From assembly GCA_016195915.1 (NCBI GenBank), contig JACPYS010000063.1:10388-74387 (forward strand): DNA of 64,000 nt. The letters run 5' to 3'. Under the pieces are notes generated by a model. That model was not told where the DNA came from and ran no database searches. It saw only the letters and a list, made by a program, of their open reading frames with translations. Origin of the DNA: Betaproteobacteria bacterium. Its GTDB lineage: Bacteria > Pseudomonadota > Gammaproteobacteria > Burkholderiales > SG8-39. A program made the position numbers and the translations under genes. Each line of letters begins with the position of its first letter. Position 1 is the first letter of the stretch. Shown piece after piece: positions 46,901-56,766 of this stretch.

Positions 46901-48502
46901 ATGAACTTCGACTACGTCATCGTTGGTGCGGGCAGCGCCGGATGCGTGCTCGCCAATCGCCTGAGCGCGGACCCGAGTCACCGTGTGCTGCTGCTCGAGG
47001 CCGGGCCGCCGGACCGGTACCTCTGGATCCACGTGCCAATCGGTTACGGCAAGACCATGTTCCACCCGCTCTACAACTGGGGTTTCTACACCGAACCCGA
47101 AACGGGTATGAATAACCGGTGCATCTACTGGCCGCGTGGCCGCGTGCTGGGCGGCTCGAGCTCGATCAACGGGCTGATCTTCATCCGCGGGCAGCGCGAG
47201 GATTACGATCGCTGGGCGGCGCTCGGCAACCGCGGCTGGGGCTGGAGCCAGGTGCTGCCGTATTTCATCCGCTCGGAAGGCAACCAGCGCGGCGCGAGCG
47301 AATATCACGGTGCCGATGGACCGCAGGCAGCCTCGGACATCGGCGCCAAGCACGAGCTGGTCGAGGCGTTCATCCGCGGCGCGCTCGAGCAAGGCGTTCC
47401 GCGCAACGACGATTTCAACGGCGCGGTGCAGGAAGGCGTGGGCTATTACCAGCTTGCGACGCGCAACGGCCTGCGCTCGAGCAGCGCCACCGCCTATCTG
47501 AGACCGGCGCGACGGCGGGGCAATCTCAGGATCGAAACCGGCGCGCAGGCCTCGCGCATCTTGTTCGAGGGCGGCCGCGCGGCGGGCGTCGAATACCGGC
47601 AGGGCGGGCGGCTGGCGACTGCGCGCGCCAACCGTGAGGTGATCCTGTCCGCGGGTGCGCTGCAGAGCCCGCAGCTCCTGCAACTCTCCGGCATCGGGCC
47701 GAAGAGCGTGCTGGAGCAGCACGGCATTGCCGTGCTGCGCGAGCTTCCGGGCGTGGGCGAGAACCTGCAGGACCATCTGCAGCTGCGCCTGATATTCCGC
47801 TGCACGAAGCCCATTACCACCAACGACGAACTCAACAGCCTCGCCGGCCGGATCAAGATCGGGTTGCAATGGCTGCTCGCGCGCTCGGGACCGCTTGCGA
47901 TCGGCATCAATCAGGGCGGCCTGTTTACCCGCGTGCTGCCGGAATCGAGAACGCCTGACATCCAGTTCCATTTCGCCACGCTCTCGGCGGACATGGCCGG
48001 CGCGAAGCCGCATCCGTGGTCGGGATTCACCATTTCGGTGTGCCAGCTGCAACCGGGTTCGCGCGGGCACGTTCGCATCAAGTCGCGGGACCCGTTCGAG
48101 CCGCCCGCGATGCAGCCGAACTACCTTTCGACGGAACCCGACCGGCGCTGCGCGATAGCGGCGGTGCGCTTCGCGCGGCGAATTGCGCAGAGCGAGGCGA
48201 TGCGGCCGTATGTCGCCTCCGAGTTTCGTCCGGGGGAGGCGGTGCAGAGCGACGATGAACTGCTCGGCTTCGCGCGGGAGTACGGGGCGACCATCTTCCA
48301 TCCGGCGGGCACCTGCACGATGGGGAGCGGTCCGATGGCGGTGGTCGATGAGCGCCTGCGCGTGCACGGCGTGGCGGGGCTGCGCGTGGTGGATTGCTCG
48401 ATCATGCCGGTGCTGGTGTCGGGCAACACGCACTGGCCGGTGGTGATGATCGCGGAGAAGGCCTCGGACATGATTCTTGAAGACGCGGCTGGAGAGGTGT
48501 AG
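46901..48502 (+). CDS. GMC-family FAD oxidoreductase (choline/alcohol dehydrogenase-like)
   Basis: [22 protein letters not shown]...LLLEAGP...[13 protein letters not shown]-type motifs. C-terminal HPAGTCTMG. Confidence 0.9.
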   Translation: MNFDYVIVGAGSAGCVLANRLSADPSHRVLLLEAGPPDRYLWIHVPIGYGKTMFHPLYNWGFYTEPETGMNNRCIYWPRGRVLGGSSSINGLIFIRGQREDYDRWAALGNRGWGWSQVLPYFIRSEGNQRGASEYHGADGPQAASDIGAKHELVEAFIRGALEQGVPRNDDFNGAVQEGVGYYQLATRNGLRSSSATAYLRPARRRGNLRIETGAQASRILFEGGRAAGVEYRQGGRLATARANREVILSAGALQSPQLLQLSGIGPKSVLEQHGIAVLRELPGVGENLQDHLQLRLIFRCTKPITTNDELNSLAGRIKIGLQWLLARSGPLAIGINQGGLFTRVLPESRTPDIQFHFATLSADMAGAKPHPWSGFTISVCQLQPGSRGHVRIKSRDPFEPPAMQPNYLSTEPDRRCAIAAVRFARRIAQSEAMRPYVASEFRPGEAVQSDDELLGFAREYGATIFHPAGTCTMGSGPMAVVDERLRVHGVAGLRVVDCSIMPVLVSGNTHWPVVMIAEKASDMILEDAAGEV

Positions 48503-48506
48503 CGCG

Positions 48507-49448
48507 ATGGACCTGATCGAAAGGCTTCTCGCGCAGGCGCGCGGCAAAGGCAAACGCCTGGTGCTTCCCGAGGGAAGTGACGAGCGCATTTTTCGTGCCG
48601 CGCGCCGGCTGCAGGACGAAGGCATTGCGCGCCCGATTCTTCTCGGCGGCGCGGGCGTCTCGCTGCACGGCATCGCGACGATCGATCCGGAAACGAGCGA
48701 AAGGAACGGGGTCTATTCGGAGCTCTACATGGCGGGTCGCAGGGGCACAAAATCCGCAATCGCGCAGCGCCTGATGCGCAAGCCGCTGTTCCACGCCGGC
48801 ATGATGGTGAAGGCGGGCGATGCAGATGCAATGCTTGCGGGCGTGGCCCATCCCACGGCGCGCGTGATCGAAGCCGGGCTGATGACGGTTGGACTGGCCG
48901 AGGGCATCCGCACCCCGTCGAGTTTCTTTCTCATGCTGCTGCCCGGCAGGATCCTGCTCTTCGCCGATTGCGCGGTGAACGTCGACCCTGATGCCGATGC
49001 GCTCGCCGACATTGCAATCGCGTCGGCGGAGAGTTACCGCAGGCTGCTCAACGACGAACCGCGTGTGGCGATGCTCTCGCTCTCCACCAAGGGGAGCGCG
49101 AAGCACGCTGATGTCGACAAGGTGGTGCGTGCACTCGAAATCGCCCGAGCACGCGCGCCGCAACTGGCGATCGACGGAGAATTGCAGGCCGACGCGGCGC
49201 TCGTTCCGGCCGTCGCCGCGAAGAAGGTGAAAGGCGACAGCCCGGTCGCAGGGCGCGCGAACGTGCTGATCTTTCCCGATCTCGATGCGGGCAACATCGC
49301 CTACAAGCTCACCCAGCACCTCGCCGGCGCGCGTGCGATCGGCCCCGTGCTGCAGGGCTTTGCGCTGCCGATCAGCGACCTGTCGCGTGGAGCGAGCGTC
49401 GAGGACATCGTGGCCACCGCGGCGATCGTCGTGGCCCAGGCACGATGA
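48507..49448 (+). CDS. pta: Phosphate acetyltransferase (short, catalytic-domain-only form)
   Basis: Starts 4 nt after the GMC stop. [36 protein letters not shown] and [16 protein letters not shown] motifs. Confidence 0.85.
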   Translation: MDLIERLLAQARGKGKRLVLPEGSDERIFRAARRLQDEGIARPILLGGAGVSLHGIATIDPETSERNGVYSELYMAGRRGTKSAIAQRLMRKPLFHAGMMVKAGDADAMLAGVAHPTARVIEAGLMTVGLAEGIRTPSSFFLMLLPGRILLFADCAVNVDPDADALADIAIASAESYRRLLNDEPRVAMLSLSTKGSAKHADVDKVVRALEIARARAPQLAIDGELQADAALVPAVAAKKVKGDSPVAGRANVLIFPDLDAGNIAYKLTQHLAGARAIGPVLQGFALPISDLSRGASVEDIVATAAIVVAQAR

Positions 49449-49497
49449 AACACACGATAATGCGCGCCTCATCCCATCCTTCGCCGGAGAAATCCTG

Positions 49498-49818
49498 ATG
49501 GCCGGTTTCAAGCGTCACGTGTTCGTGTGCCTCAACGAGCGCGACCCTTCCGATCCGCTCGGCAGCTGCAAGCATCGGGGCGCCGAGGAAATCTTCGCGG
49601 CCATGAAGGACGGCGCGAAGAAGGCCGGCCTCAAGGGCGAGGTGCGCATCAACCGCGCGGGCTGCCTCGATCATTGCGAACACGGTCCGACCGTGGTCGT
49701 GTATCCGGAAGCGGTCTGGTACCACGTGCCCACGGTGGAGGACGCGCAGGAGGTCCTGCAGAGCCACGTGGTGGAAGGGAAAGTGGTCGAGCGGCTGCTG
49801 ATCGACAAGATTTCCTAG
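49498..49818 (+). CDS. Thioredoxin-like [2Fe-2S] ferredoxin-domain protein
   Basis: 106 aa. HVFVCLNERD...CKHRGAEEI...INRAGCLDHCEHGPTVVVYPEAVWY has the Cys pattern of this family. Confidence 0.8.
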   Translation: MAGFKRHVFVCLNERDPSDPLGSCKHRGAEEIFAAMKDGAKKAGLKGEVRINRAGCLDHCEHGPTVVVYPEAVWYHVPTVEDAQEVLQSHVVEGKVVERLLIDKIS

Positions 49819-49820
49819 GG

Positions 49821-50366
49821 CTAGGGTTTTCGCGGACGCCGGGCGCGACGGGCGTCGTCGGACAGGGCGCTCCGGGCGCGGGCGATTTCGCCGGACTCGA
49901 CTGCGTGGGTCTCACGTAACCTCTCGCGCAGCAGCGCTGCGGAAAGAATGCCATGACGCAGCCCGGCGCGGCACCATGCGCGGTCGCGCGGCTCGCAGCG
50001 CACATATTTCGATACTGCGGCGTCGTGGGGCTCCAGGCACCACGCCACCGAACCGCCGGTCAGCGCAAGCGCGATCAGGCGTTCCTCCCACCCATCGGGC
50101 AGGCTGGGAAGAGAGGGGGATACCGGGTCCGCGTAGATTCCCGTTTGCCGATGGAAGGCGCTGCCTTCGCCTAGCGCTATTGCAATCTCCTTGGTGCGGC
50201 CTGGATCGGATTTCGGATACAGATCCACGTCGATCGATCCGATCATCTCCTCGGGCGGATCGAGCATCGCGCCCAGAATCGACAGGCTGCCGACGATGAC
50301 GTAGTCGCGGTGGCTGGTCAGGCGCGCTGCCTCGGCGAGCAGGCGGCCGAGTTCAGCTCGCTTCAC
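49821..50366 (-). CDS. Pol-beta-superfamily nucleotidyltransferase-like protein (DUF6036-like)
   Basis: GTG start overlaps the upstream gene by 14 nt. VIVGSLSILGAML...IGSIDVDLYP (GS...DxD NTase motif). LEPHDAAVSKYV...RDRAWCRAGLRHG. Confidence 0.65.
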   Translation of the reverse strand: MKRAELGRLLAEAARLTSHRDYVIVGSLSILGAMLDPPEEMIGSIDVDLYPKSDPGRTKEIAIALGEGSAFHRQTGIYADPVSPSLPSLPDGWEERLIALALTGGSVAWCLEPHDAAVSKYVRCEPRDRAWCRAGLRHGILSAALLRERLRETHAVESGEIARARSALSDDARRARRPRKP

Positions 50367-50856
50367 CGGGCGGGACGCCTGTGTGGAAAGGCGAGTTTGC
50401 GGCGAGCGCGGCGGGGCTCAGCCCTTCGTAGCCTGACTCGAAGGCGCGCAGGATGGCTCGTGGCCCGGCGCCCAGCAGGCGCTCCCATGCCTCGAGATAG
50501 ATCCGGCTCGCGAGCCGCTTGCGACGCCAGAGTGCGACTTGGGCCGCCGCGAGCCCGAGGGCGCGCTGTCGCTCCGAACGAGAGCTGCTTGAAAGATGTC
50601 GCAGGTAGCGCCGCTGCGAGGCGATACCTGCCGCCTCGCGCGTGCGCTGCGCCTCGCGTGCATGCCTCAGCCTTTCGAGCGCGGGGTTGGCGGCATCGGC
50701 AACCGGGCCCGCGGCGACGCGTGTGCGCACGATCTCCTCCAACAGGGCATTGGAGCTCAGGTAGCGGCCGCCGCGTTGCGTTGCGGCCAGTGCGGCAGCG
50801 TCGAGGGCGTGCCACAACGCGGGAGCCAGCCGAACGCTTCGGACCGTGCGGGACAT
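50353..50856 (-). CDS. Hypothetical protein with RHH-like N-terminus, partner of the nucleotidyltransferase
   Basis: ATG 50856 (GTG 50868 possible). RSVRLAPALWHALDAAALAAT...SSNALLEEIVRT has a beta-alpha-alpha pattern, followed by an Arg-rich helical region. 167 aa. Confidence 0.5.
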   Translation of the reverse strand: MSRTVRSVRLAPALWHALDAAALAATQRGGRYLSSNALLEEIVRTRVAAGPVADAANPALERLRHAREAQRTREAAGIASQRRYLRHLSSSSRSERQRALGLAAAQVALWRRKRLASRIYLEAWERLLGAGPRAILRAFESGYEGLSPAALAANSPFHTGVPPGEAS

Positions 50857-50860
50857 GTTT

Positions 50861-50885
50861 GATACCACAGTTATAAGTGATACCA
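50861..50885 (-). promoter_or_regulatory. Direct repeat TGGTATC x2 (18-bp period) in the AT-rich leader of the RHH/NTase pair
   Basis: Minus strand: gctaTACTGGTATCacTTATAACtgTGGTATCaaacATG. Contains TATACT/TATAAC -10-like hexamers. Confidence 0.35.
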
Positions 50886-50916
50886 GTATAGCAAATCCTG
50901 CCCGGCTCTCGGGCGG

Positions 50917-51918
50917 CTACTTCTGCGCGAGGCCGAGCTTGTCGATGATCTGTTTCTGTTCGGCGTAGGTCTCGCGCGCATAGCGCGCGTAGTCCTCGGA
51001 GTTCTTGTACCAGACGTCCTGGTCGAGCCGCTCGAGCATCTTCACGTGGATCGGGTCTTCCATGCCCTTCTTGAAAGCATCGTGAAGCACACGCACCGCT
51101 CTTGGATCGGTCCCTTTCGCTGCGCCGAGCCCGTAAGGGGAGTTTTGCACGATGCCATGGCCCTCGTCGAGCAGCGTGGGCACCTCGGGCCAGCGCTTGG
51201 TGCGGTGCTCGCCCCAGGTGACCAGCAGGCGCATCTTTCCGGAGTCCACGTGCGGCGCCCAGCCCGTGGAGTCCGCGATCGCGAGGATGTTGCCCCCGAG
51301 CAGCATTGGAATTGATTCGGCCACTCCCTTGAACGGGACGTGCAGGAACTTGAGCCCCAGCTTGTCCGCGATCTGTTCCATCGTGATGTGCAGGCTGGTG
51401 CCGTTACCCGGGGTTCCATAGCTGATCTTGCCCGGGTTGGCGCGCGCGTACTCGATGAACTCTTTCCAGTTCCTGGCCGGGAAATCGGTGCGCACCACTA
51501 CACCGAAGGTATAGCCCGACAGGCCCAGCACGTACGTGATGTCGTTTAGCGGGTCGAACTGGACTTTCTGCATGTGTGGAAGGCGCAGCACCGTGATCGG
51601 CAGTTGCGACACCGTGTAGCCATCGGTACGACCGGACACCGCCAAGGCCTGCGCTCCGAGCGTGCCCGCTGCGCCCGGGCGGTTTTCCACCACCACCCGT
51701 TGGCCGAGATATTTCGACGTCGCTTCGGCCAGCGCGCGCAGCGCGAGGTCGCTCGAACCGCCGGGCGGCCAGGGGCAGATCAGCGTCACCGGCTTGGCCG
51801 GAAAGTTCTGGGCCTGCGCGAGAGAAGAAGCGGCGGCGCTCAGTACCGCAATCGCGAATATCCGAGCAAGGTGGACGAGGCGAGCGATTTGGGTAGGCAT
51901 GAGGAAGGTCTCGGCCAA
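50917..51918 (-). CDS. Bug-family (TctC-like) substrate-binding protein
   Basis: FPAKPVTLICPWPPGGSSDLALRALAEA...VENRPGAAGTLGAQ...DGYTV. Start at 51918 or 51900. Confidence 0.88.
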   Translation of the reverse strand: MAETFLMPTQIARLVHLARIFAIAVLSAAASSLAQAQNFPAKPVTLICPWPPGGSSDLALRALAEATSKYLGQRVVVENRPGAAGTLGAQALAVSGRTDGYTVSQLPITVLRLPHMQKVQFDPLNDITYVLGLSGYTFGVVVRTDFPARNWKEFIEYARANPGKISYGTPGNGTSLHITMEQIADKLGLKFLHVPFKGVAESIPMLLGGNILAIADSTGWAPHVDSGKMRLLVTWGEHRTKRWPEVPTLLDEGHGIVQNSPYGLGAAKGTDPRAVRVLHDAFKKGMEDPIHVKMLERLDQDVWYKNSEDYARYARETYAEQKQIIDKLGLAQK

Positions 51919-52129
51919 AGTGGAAGGTCATAGTATCAGTTGCTCCAAGTCCGGAAGGAGTGGCGGTGGGTGTCGTCGAATATGAATTTCGCACATCTTT
52001 CGTGCACAGCGGACTCCGCTTGCAATACCCCGCCGCGAGTGTAGATTGAGCGGCTACCGGGGTTGAATGGGCTTTCGGCCCGGCGCTCCCGGTGCTTGCG
52101 CTGCTTCGCGACGATCGAAAGGGGGACTC

Positions 52130-53110
52130 ATGAACCGGCGCGACATACTCCGGATTGGCGGGGGATTGCTGGCCTGGCCGGGACTGGCCGACGCGCAGCC
52201 CGGGCGGCGGTACCGCGTCGCGTGGTTGGTGATGGGCGATGAGGCGCGCGCCAAACACAGCGTGGACGCGTTCGTGGCCGGCCTGCGTGACCATGGTTAT
52301 GTCGCCGGGAAAAATCTCGAGTGGCACATACGCTTCGCCGACGGAGATGCGAGCCGCGTAGCTGGGCTCGCCGACGAACTGATTGCGCTCAAGCCCGACG
52401 TGCTGATCGGGGTCGAGGAAGTCGCAGGCACGATGAAAGCAAAGACCGCCACCATCCCGATCGTTCTGCCGGCTTCCTCCGACCCGGTGGCCGCGGGTCT
52501 GGTGCAGAGCCTCGCGCGCCCGAACACCAATGTCACGGGACTCGCCTATCAATGGGACGAACTCTTCGTGAAGCATACCGAGATGTTGATCGAGATCGTG
52601 CCGCGTATGACGCTTCTGGCGTATCTGGCTGACGGAACTTTCCCGCCGCCAGTGCAGGAGCGGTTCGAACGGCTGGCGGACGCCACCGCCTCGGCGAAGA
52701 ATGTTTCCATCGTTACGTTCCCGGTGCGCAATGCGGATGACGTGCGCCAGGCATTGGCGGAGGTCAAGGCGCGACGGGCGCAAGGGCTTGTCGTCTGGAC
52801 CACGGGGACCATGATCACGCTTTTTGGCGAAATCGTTAGTGGCGTCAATCGACTGCGCCTGCCCACCATTTCGGGTGCGGCCGCATTTGCCGACGGCGGG
52901 GGACTCCTGAGTCACGGACCGAACTTCTTCGCAAGCTTTCGCTACGCAGCGAAATTTGTGGACCGGATACTGAAGGGTGCGAAACCGGCCGAGTTGCCGG
53001 TCGAACAATACGGGAAGTTTGAGCTGGTGCTCAATCTCAGGACCGCGCGCGAGCTTGGCCTCAAAATCCCGCAGTCAATCCTCGTGCGCGCGGACCGGGT
53101 TATCGAATAG
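52130..53110 (+). CDS. Orphan ABC-transporter substrate-binding protein (PF04392-like)
   Basis: AAAGGGGGA RBS. MNRRDILRIGGGLLAWPGLADAQ Tat/Sec-like signal. RVAWLVMGD...NVTGLAY...KPAELPVEQYGKFELVLNLRTARELGLKIP. Confidence 0.75.
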   Translation: MNRRDILRIGGGLLAWPGLADAQPGRRYRVAWLVMGDEARAKHSVDAFVAGLRDHGYVAGKNLEWHIRFADGDASRVAGLADELIALKPDVLIGVEEVAGTMKAKTATIPIVLPASSDPVAAGLVQSLARPNTNVTGLAYQWDELFVKHTEMLIEIVPRMTLLAYLADGTFPPPVQERFERLADATASAKNVSIVTFPVRNADDVRQALAEVKARRAQGLVVWTTGTMITLFGEIVSGVNRLRLPTISGAAAFADGGGLLSHGPNFFASFRYAAKFVDRILKGAKPAELPVEQYGKFELVLNLRTARELGLKIPQSILVRADRVIE

Positions 53111-53139
53111 ACTCGATCGCCTCCCGCCGCGTCGGCCGG

Positions 53140-53545
53140 TCAGAGAACAGACGTCAGGGCTTTCCTGCCTGGAAGCAGATAGGCGCCGAAATCCCGCAAG
53201 TCGATCGTCAGAATGTCGCAGACCCCGCTCTGGTCGGCTACCCGGAGCAGCGAAGCGTCCGCCAGGTCCATCGGCAGGTCGCGGTACGTCTCCTTCCAGT
53301 CTGCGATCACCGAAAGCGCGGACACTGGGAGTTCGGCGACCGTTCAGCCCCCCTGCGGCCGCCCAGCGCAAACAGCGGACCTGCGCGCGCTCCGGCATGA
53401 AATGACAGGCCTCGGCGAGCACCGGCCAAGCGGTGAGCATTTGCCCGCTTTAGTCGTCGAGAAAACGCTTGACCCGGCGATGGTGCCGGTCCGAGCGGTC
53501 CACCATCGCGATCAGTGGGCCCGCGTCAACGACAGTGCTTGGCAC
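53140..53545 (-). pseudogene. Decayed PIN-domain (VapC-like) toxin gene
   Basis: GTG 53545: VPSTVVDAGPLIAMVDRSDRHHRRVKRFLDD-TAA(53450-53452)-SGQMLTAWPVLAEACHFM...AAAGGLN. A +1 frame change near 53330-53345 leads into VAELPVSALSVIADWKETYRDLPMDLADASLLRVADQ...ILTIDLRDF. Confidence 0.65.
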
Positions 53546-53721
53546 GCAGCTTGGTGGGGAGATAGCATTTGCGATTCTCGGCCAGGTCACCCTTGCCGCT
53601 GGCGAACGCGCCCACCAGGCGCATCTCGCGCGCCAAGCGCATAGGCGACTTCGCGGTGTCGGCGGCGGTGGCCAGATGCTCTCGCAGCGGCGCCTTCGGC
53701 ACCTGCGCCTTGGTTTTGCGC

Positions 53722-55329
53722 TTACGCAGATTCCGCCTCCGCCGCCAAGCGCCGCCGCAACTCCGCCTTGGCAATCTTCTCCAGCGTGGCGCGCGGAAAA
53801 TCCTCCACCATCCGGATCTCGTGCGGTCGCTTGAAATCGGCGAGCTGCGTGGCGCAGGCGGCGGCGACGCAATCGGACAGATCGGGCGGCGCCCCCGCCG
53901 CCGGCAGCACGAACGCGACCGGAACTTCGTCCAGCATCGGGTGCTTCTTCGCCACGATCGCGCACTCGCGCACGCCCGGCACGAGGAGGATCACGCGCTC
54001 GATCTCCGACGCGGCGACGTTTTCGCCACCGACCTTGAGCATGTCCTTGGTCCGGTCGCCGAACTGGATCGCGCCGTCCTCCAGCAGGTTGACGCGATCG
54101 CCGGTACGGAACCAGCCCTCGGGGTCGAAGCTGTCCGCACTCGCCTGCGGATTGCCGAGGTATTCCCTGAACAGCGACAGCCCGCGTACGCCGCGGATCA
54201 TCAGATTGCCGCTGCCGCCGGGCTCGACGCGGCGCGATTCGCGCACCGGCACTGCATCGTCTTCCACAATTGCGATTTCGTATTCGGGCGCCGGGCGGCC
54301 GATCGCCATGGGGCGGTTCGGCAGCTGCGGGCTGGCGACGATGCCGTGGGTGATGGTTTCGGTCATGCCCCACCAGCCGATGGTCTTGACGCGAAAATGC
54401 GCATCGGTTGGCGGTTCGCTCACCGCGCTGCCCCAGAGGCGGTAATGATGCTCGGGCGGCACATGGTGTTCCATCAGCGCCTTGACGCAGAACGGAACCA
54501 GCGATGTCCAGGTGCAGCGATGCTTGCGCGACGCCGGCCAGAAACGGCTCGCCGAGAAGCGCGGCTGGATGACCGCCGTGGCACCGACCCACAGGCAGGC
54601 CAGCACCGAATACGCCTGTGCGTTGGTGTGGTAGAGCGGCAGATAGACCAGGTGCACGTCCTCGGGCCTGAGGTCCTCGTGCACAGCGTTGATGCGCGCA
54701 CCCCACAGCGCATTGGCATGCGTCCACAGCACGCCCTTCGGCCGCGAAGTGGTGCCGGAGGTGTACTGCACGCTGCACGGCGCGAGCGGATCAGGTGCGC
54801 GCCGCGGCGGCGCATCGCCATCGAGCCTCTTGAAATCCGAATCGCGATCCGGCGAGCGGGCCGGCGCCGCGCCATTGTCGGTGGCAGTGACCGAAAGCCA
54901 GCGCAGCGCCCTGCAGTTCGCGGAGACCAGCTCGGCGAATTTCGGCTGGGTGACGCCGCCGACCGCGCCGCAGTGCGCGGCGTAATAGGCGAGTTCGTCG
55001 GCTGCCGCGCGGGCATTGGTGGTGACCGCGACCGCGCCGATCCATGCGCAGGCATACCAGGCAAGCAGCGCTTCCGCGCAGTTGTCGAGGTGGATCAAGA
55101 TGCGGTCGCCGGCTTTGACGCCGCGATGGAGAAGTCCGCCTGCAATGCGGCCGATGCGCGCATGGAACTCGCCGTAGGTGATGGTCTCGCCCGGCTCCTC
55201 GAACGGCTCCCACACGAGGAACGGGTGGTCGCGCCGCGTCGCAGCTCGAGTCTTCACCAGCCATGCGACGTCCAGGCCGGAGAACGGATGCGGTTCGTCT
55301 TGTGACAAGATGCGTGGCATAAGATTCAT
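53722..55329 (-). CDS. AMP-dependent acyl-CoA synthetase/ligase (CaiC-like)
   Basis: ATG 55329. YTSGTTSRPKGV (AMP motif I), WGMTET, GWFRTGD, KVGGENV. 535 aa. Confidence 0.88.
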   Translation of the reverse strand: MNLMPRILSQDEPHPFSGLDVAWLVKTRAATRRDHPFLVWEPFEEPGETITYGEFHARIGRIAGGLLHRGVKAGDRILIHLDNCAEALLAWYACAWIGAVAVTTNARAAADELAYYAAHCGAVGGVTQPKFAELVSANCRALRWLSVTATDNGAAPARSPDRDSDFKRLDGDAPPRRAPDPLAPCSVQYTSGTTSRPKGVLWTHANALWGARINAVHEDLRPEDVHLVYLPLYHTNAQAYSVLACLWVGATAVIQPRFSASRFWPASRKHRCTWTSLVPFCVKALMEHHVPPEHHYRLWGSAVSEPPTDAHFRVKTIGWWGMTETITHGIVASPQLPNRPMAIGRPAPEYEIAIVEDDAVPVRESRRVEPGGSGNLMIRGVRGLSLFREYLGNPQASADSFDPEGWFRTGDRVNLLEDGAIQFGDRTKDMLKVGGENVAASEIERVILLVPGVRECAIVAKKHPMLDEVPVAFVLPAAGAPPDLSDCVAAACATQLADFKRPHEIRMVEDFPRATLEKIAKAELRRRLAAEAESA

Positions 55330-55385
55330 CTTTCTTCCGAGCGCCAGTGTCGCATGGCGCAAGCGCCTGGAAAAGGGAAACACCG

Positions 55386-56765
55386 ATGAACGCTGCATTG
55401 CTCGATGATCTGCGCACCACGCTTGGCGCCGGCGCGGTGCTCGTCGATGACGAAGTCACGAGCCGCGCCGCCGGCTTCATGCAGACGGACAAGCTTCAGG
55501 CGACGGTGCTCGTGCGGCCCCGGACCACGCAACAGGTTGCCGCAGTGCTCCGTCTTTGCCACGCGTCCGGCCAGCCGGTGGTCACTCACGGCGGCCTCAC
55601 CGGCCTGGTGCATGGCGCCGACGCGACGCCCGCCGACCTGGTGCTTTCGCTCGAGCGCATGAACGCAATCGAGGAAATCGATCCGTTGCAGCGCATTGCG
55701 GTGGCGCAAGCGGGCGTCACGCTTCAGTCGCTGCAGGAGGCCGTAGCCGAACACGATCTGTCCTTCCCGCTTGATTTGGGCGCGCGCGGTTCCGCGACGC
55801 TGGGCGGCAACGCAGCCACCAACGCCGGCGGAAACCGCGTGTTCCGCTACGGCATGATGCGCGAAATGGTTCTCGGCATTGAAGCGGTCCTCGCCGACGG
55901 TACCGTGGTGTCGTCGTTGAACCGCATGATCAAGAACAACGCCGGCTACGATCTCAAGCAGTTGTTCATCGGCTCCGAAGGCACGCTCGGAGTGGTAACG
56001 CGGCTGGTGCTGCGCCTGCGCGAGAAACCGCACAGCCAGGATGTTGCGCTGGTTGCGCTGGAGAGCTTTGCCAAGCTCGCGGCCCTGCTCAAGCACATCG
56101 ATCGCGCCCTCGGAGGCGGACTCACCGCATTCGAGGCGATGTGGCGCGAATTCTACGAGTTGATGACCACACCGCCTGCGCTTTCCAAGCCGCCCGTGCC
56201 CCACGGGCATGCCTACTACGTGTTGGTCGAGAGCATGGGGGCGGAGGCGGAGCGGGACAGCGCGCGGTTCCGCGCGGCGCTGGAGACGGCCTACGACGCC
56301 GGCTTCGTTGCCGATGCCGCGGTGGCGGGTTCGGATCGCGAGCGCGCCGCGTTGTGGGTCGTGCGCGACGACGTGATGCAGATGAACCGGGACGGCATGC
56401 CGTTCATCTTCGATGTCTCGCTGCCTATATTCGCAATGGAGGGCTATGTCGGAGAGGTGCGCTCCGCGCTTGCGGTGCGCTGGCCGGAGCATCGCTGCTG
56501 GGTATTCGGCCACTTGGGCGACGGCAACCTCCATCTCGTCATCCGTGCTGGAACGCCGGACGCCGAAACGCGAAGCGAAGTGGAGCGCTTTGTCTACGGG
56601 CCGCTCGCACGGATCGGCGGCTCAGTCTCGGCCGAACACGGCGTCGGCCTGGAAAAGAAGCCTTATCTTCGGATCAGCCGCAATGCCGAGGAGATCGAAC
56701 TGATGCGAACCATCAAGCGCAGTCTCGATCCGCGCAATATCCTCAATCCCGGGAAGATTTTCTGA
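55386..56765 (+). CDS. FAD-linked oxidase (GlcD / D-2-hydroxyacid dehydrogenase-like)
   Basis: VVTHGGLTGLVHGA, NAGGNRVFRYGMMRE, NNAGYDLKQLFIGSEGTLGVVT. C-terminal SAEHGVGLEKK. Confidence 0.88.
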   Translation: MNAALLDDLRTTLGAGAVLVDDEVTSRAAGFMQTDKLQATVLVRPRTTQQVAAVLRLCHASGQPVVTHGGLTGLVHGADATPADLVLSLERMNAIEEIDPLQRIAVAQAGVTLQSLQEAVAEHDLSFPLDLGARGSATLGGNAATNAGGNRVFRYGMMREMVLGIEAVLADGTVVSSLNRMIKNNAGYDLKQLFIGSEGTLGVVTRLVLRLREKPHSQDVALVALESFAKLAALLKHIDRALGGGLTAFEAMWREFYELMTTPPALSKPPVPHGHAYYVLVESMGAEAERDSARFRAALETAYDAGFVADAAVAGSDRERAALWVVRDDVMQMNRDGMPFIFDVSLPIFAMEGYVGEVRSALAVRWPEHRCWVFGHLGDGNLHLVIRAGTPDAETRSEVERFVYGPLARIGGSVSAEHGVGLEKKPYLRISRNAEEIELMRTIKRSLDPRNILNPGKIF

Positions 56766-56766
56766 T

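Noticed and set aside
45614-48673. 1019-aa minus-strand ORF
   Set aside because: Only 45614-46756 (DctP, with RBS and signal peptide) is credible. The rest is antisense to the GMC oxidoreductase gene.
53526-53774. 82-aa ORF as an intact antitoxin for the PIN gene
   Set aside because: It overlaps the 3' end of the acyl-CoA ligase gene by 53 nt and has no RBS or recognisable DNA-binding N-terminal domain. Only its tail looks antitoxin-like, and its partner toxin is disrupted.
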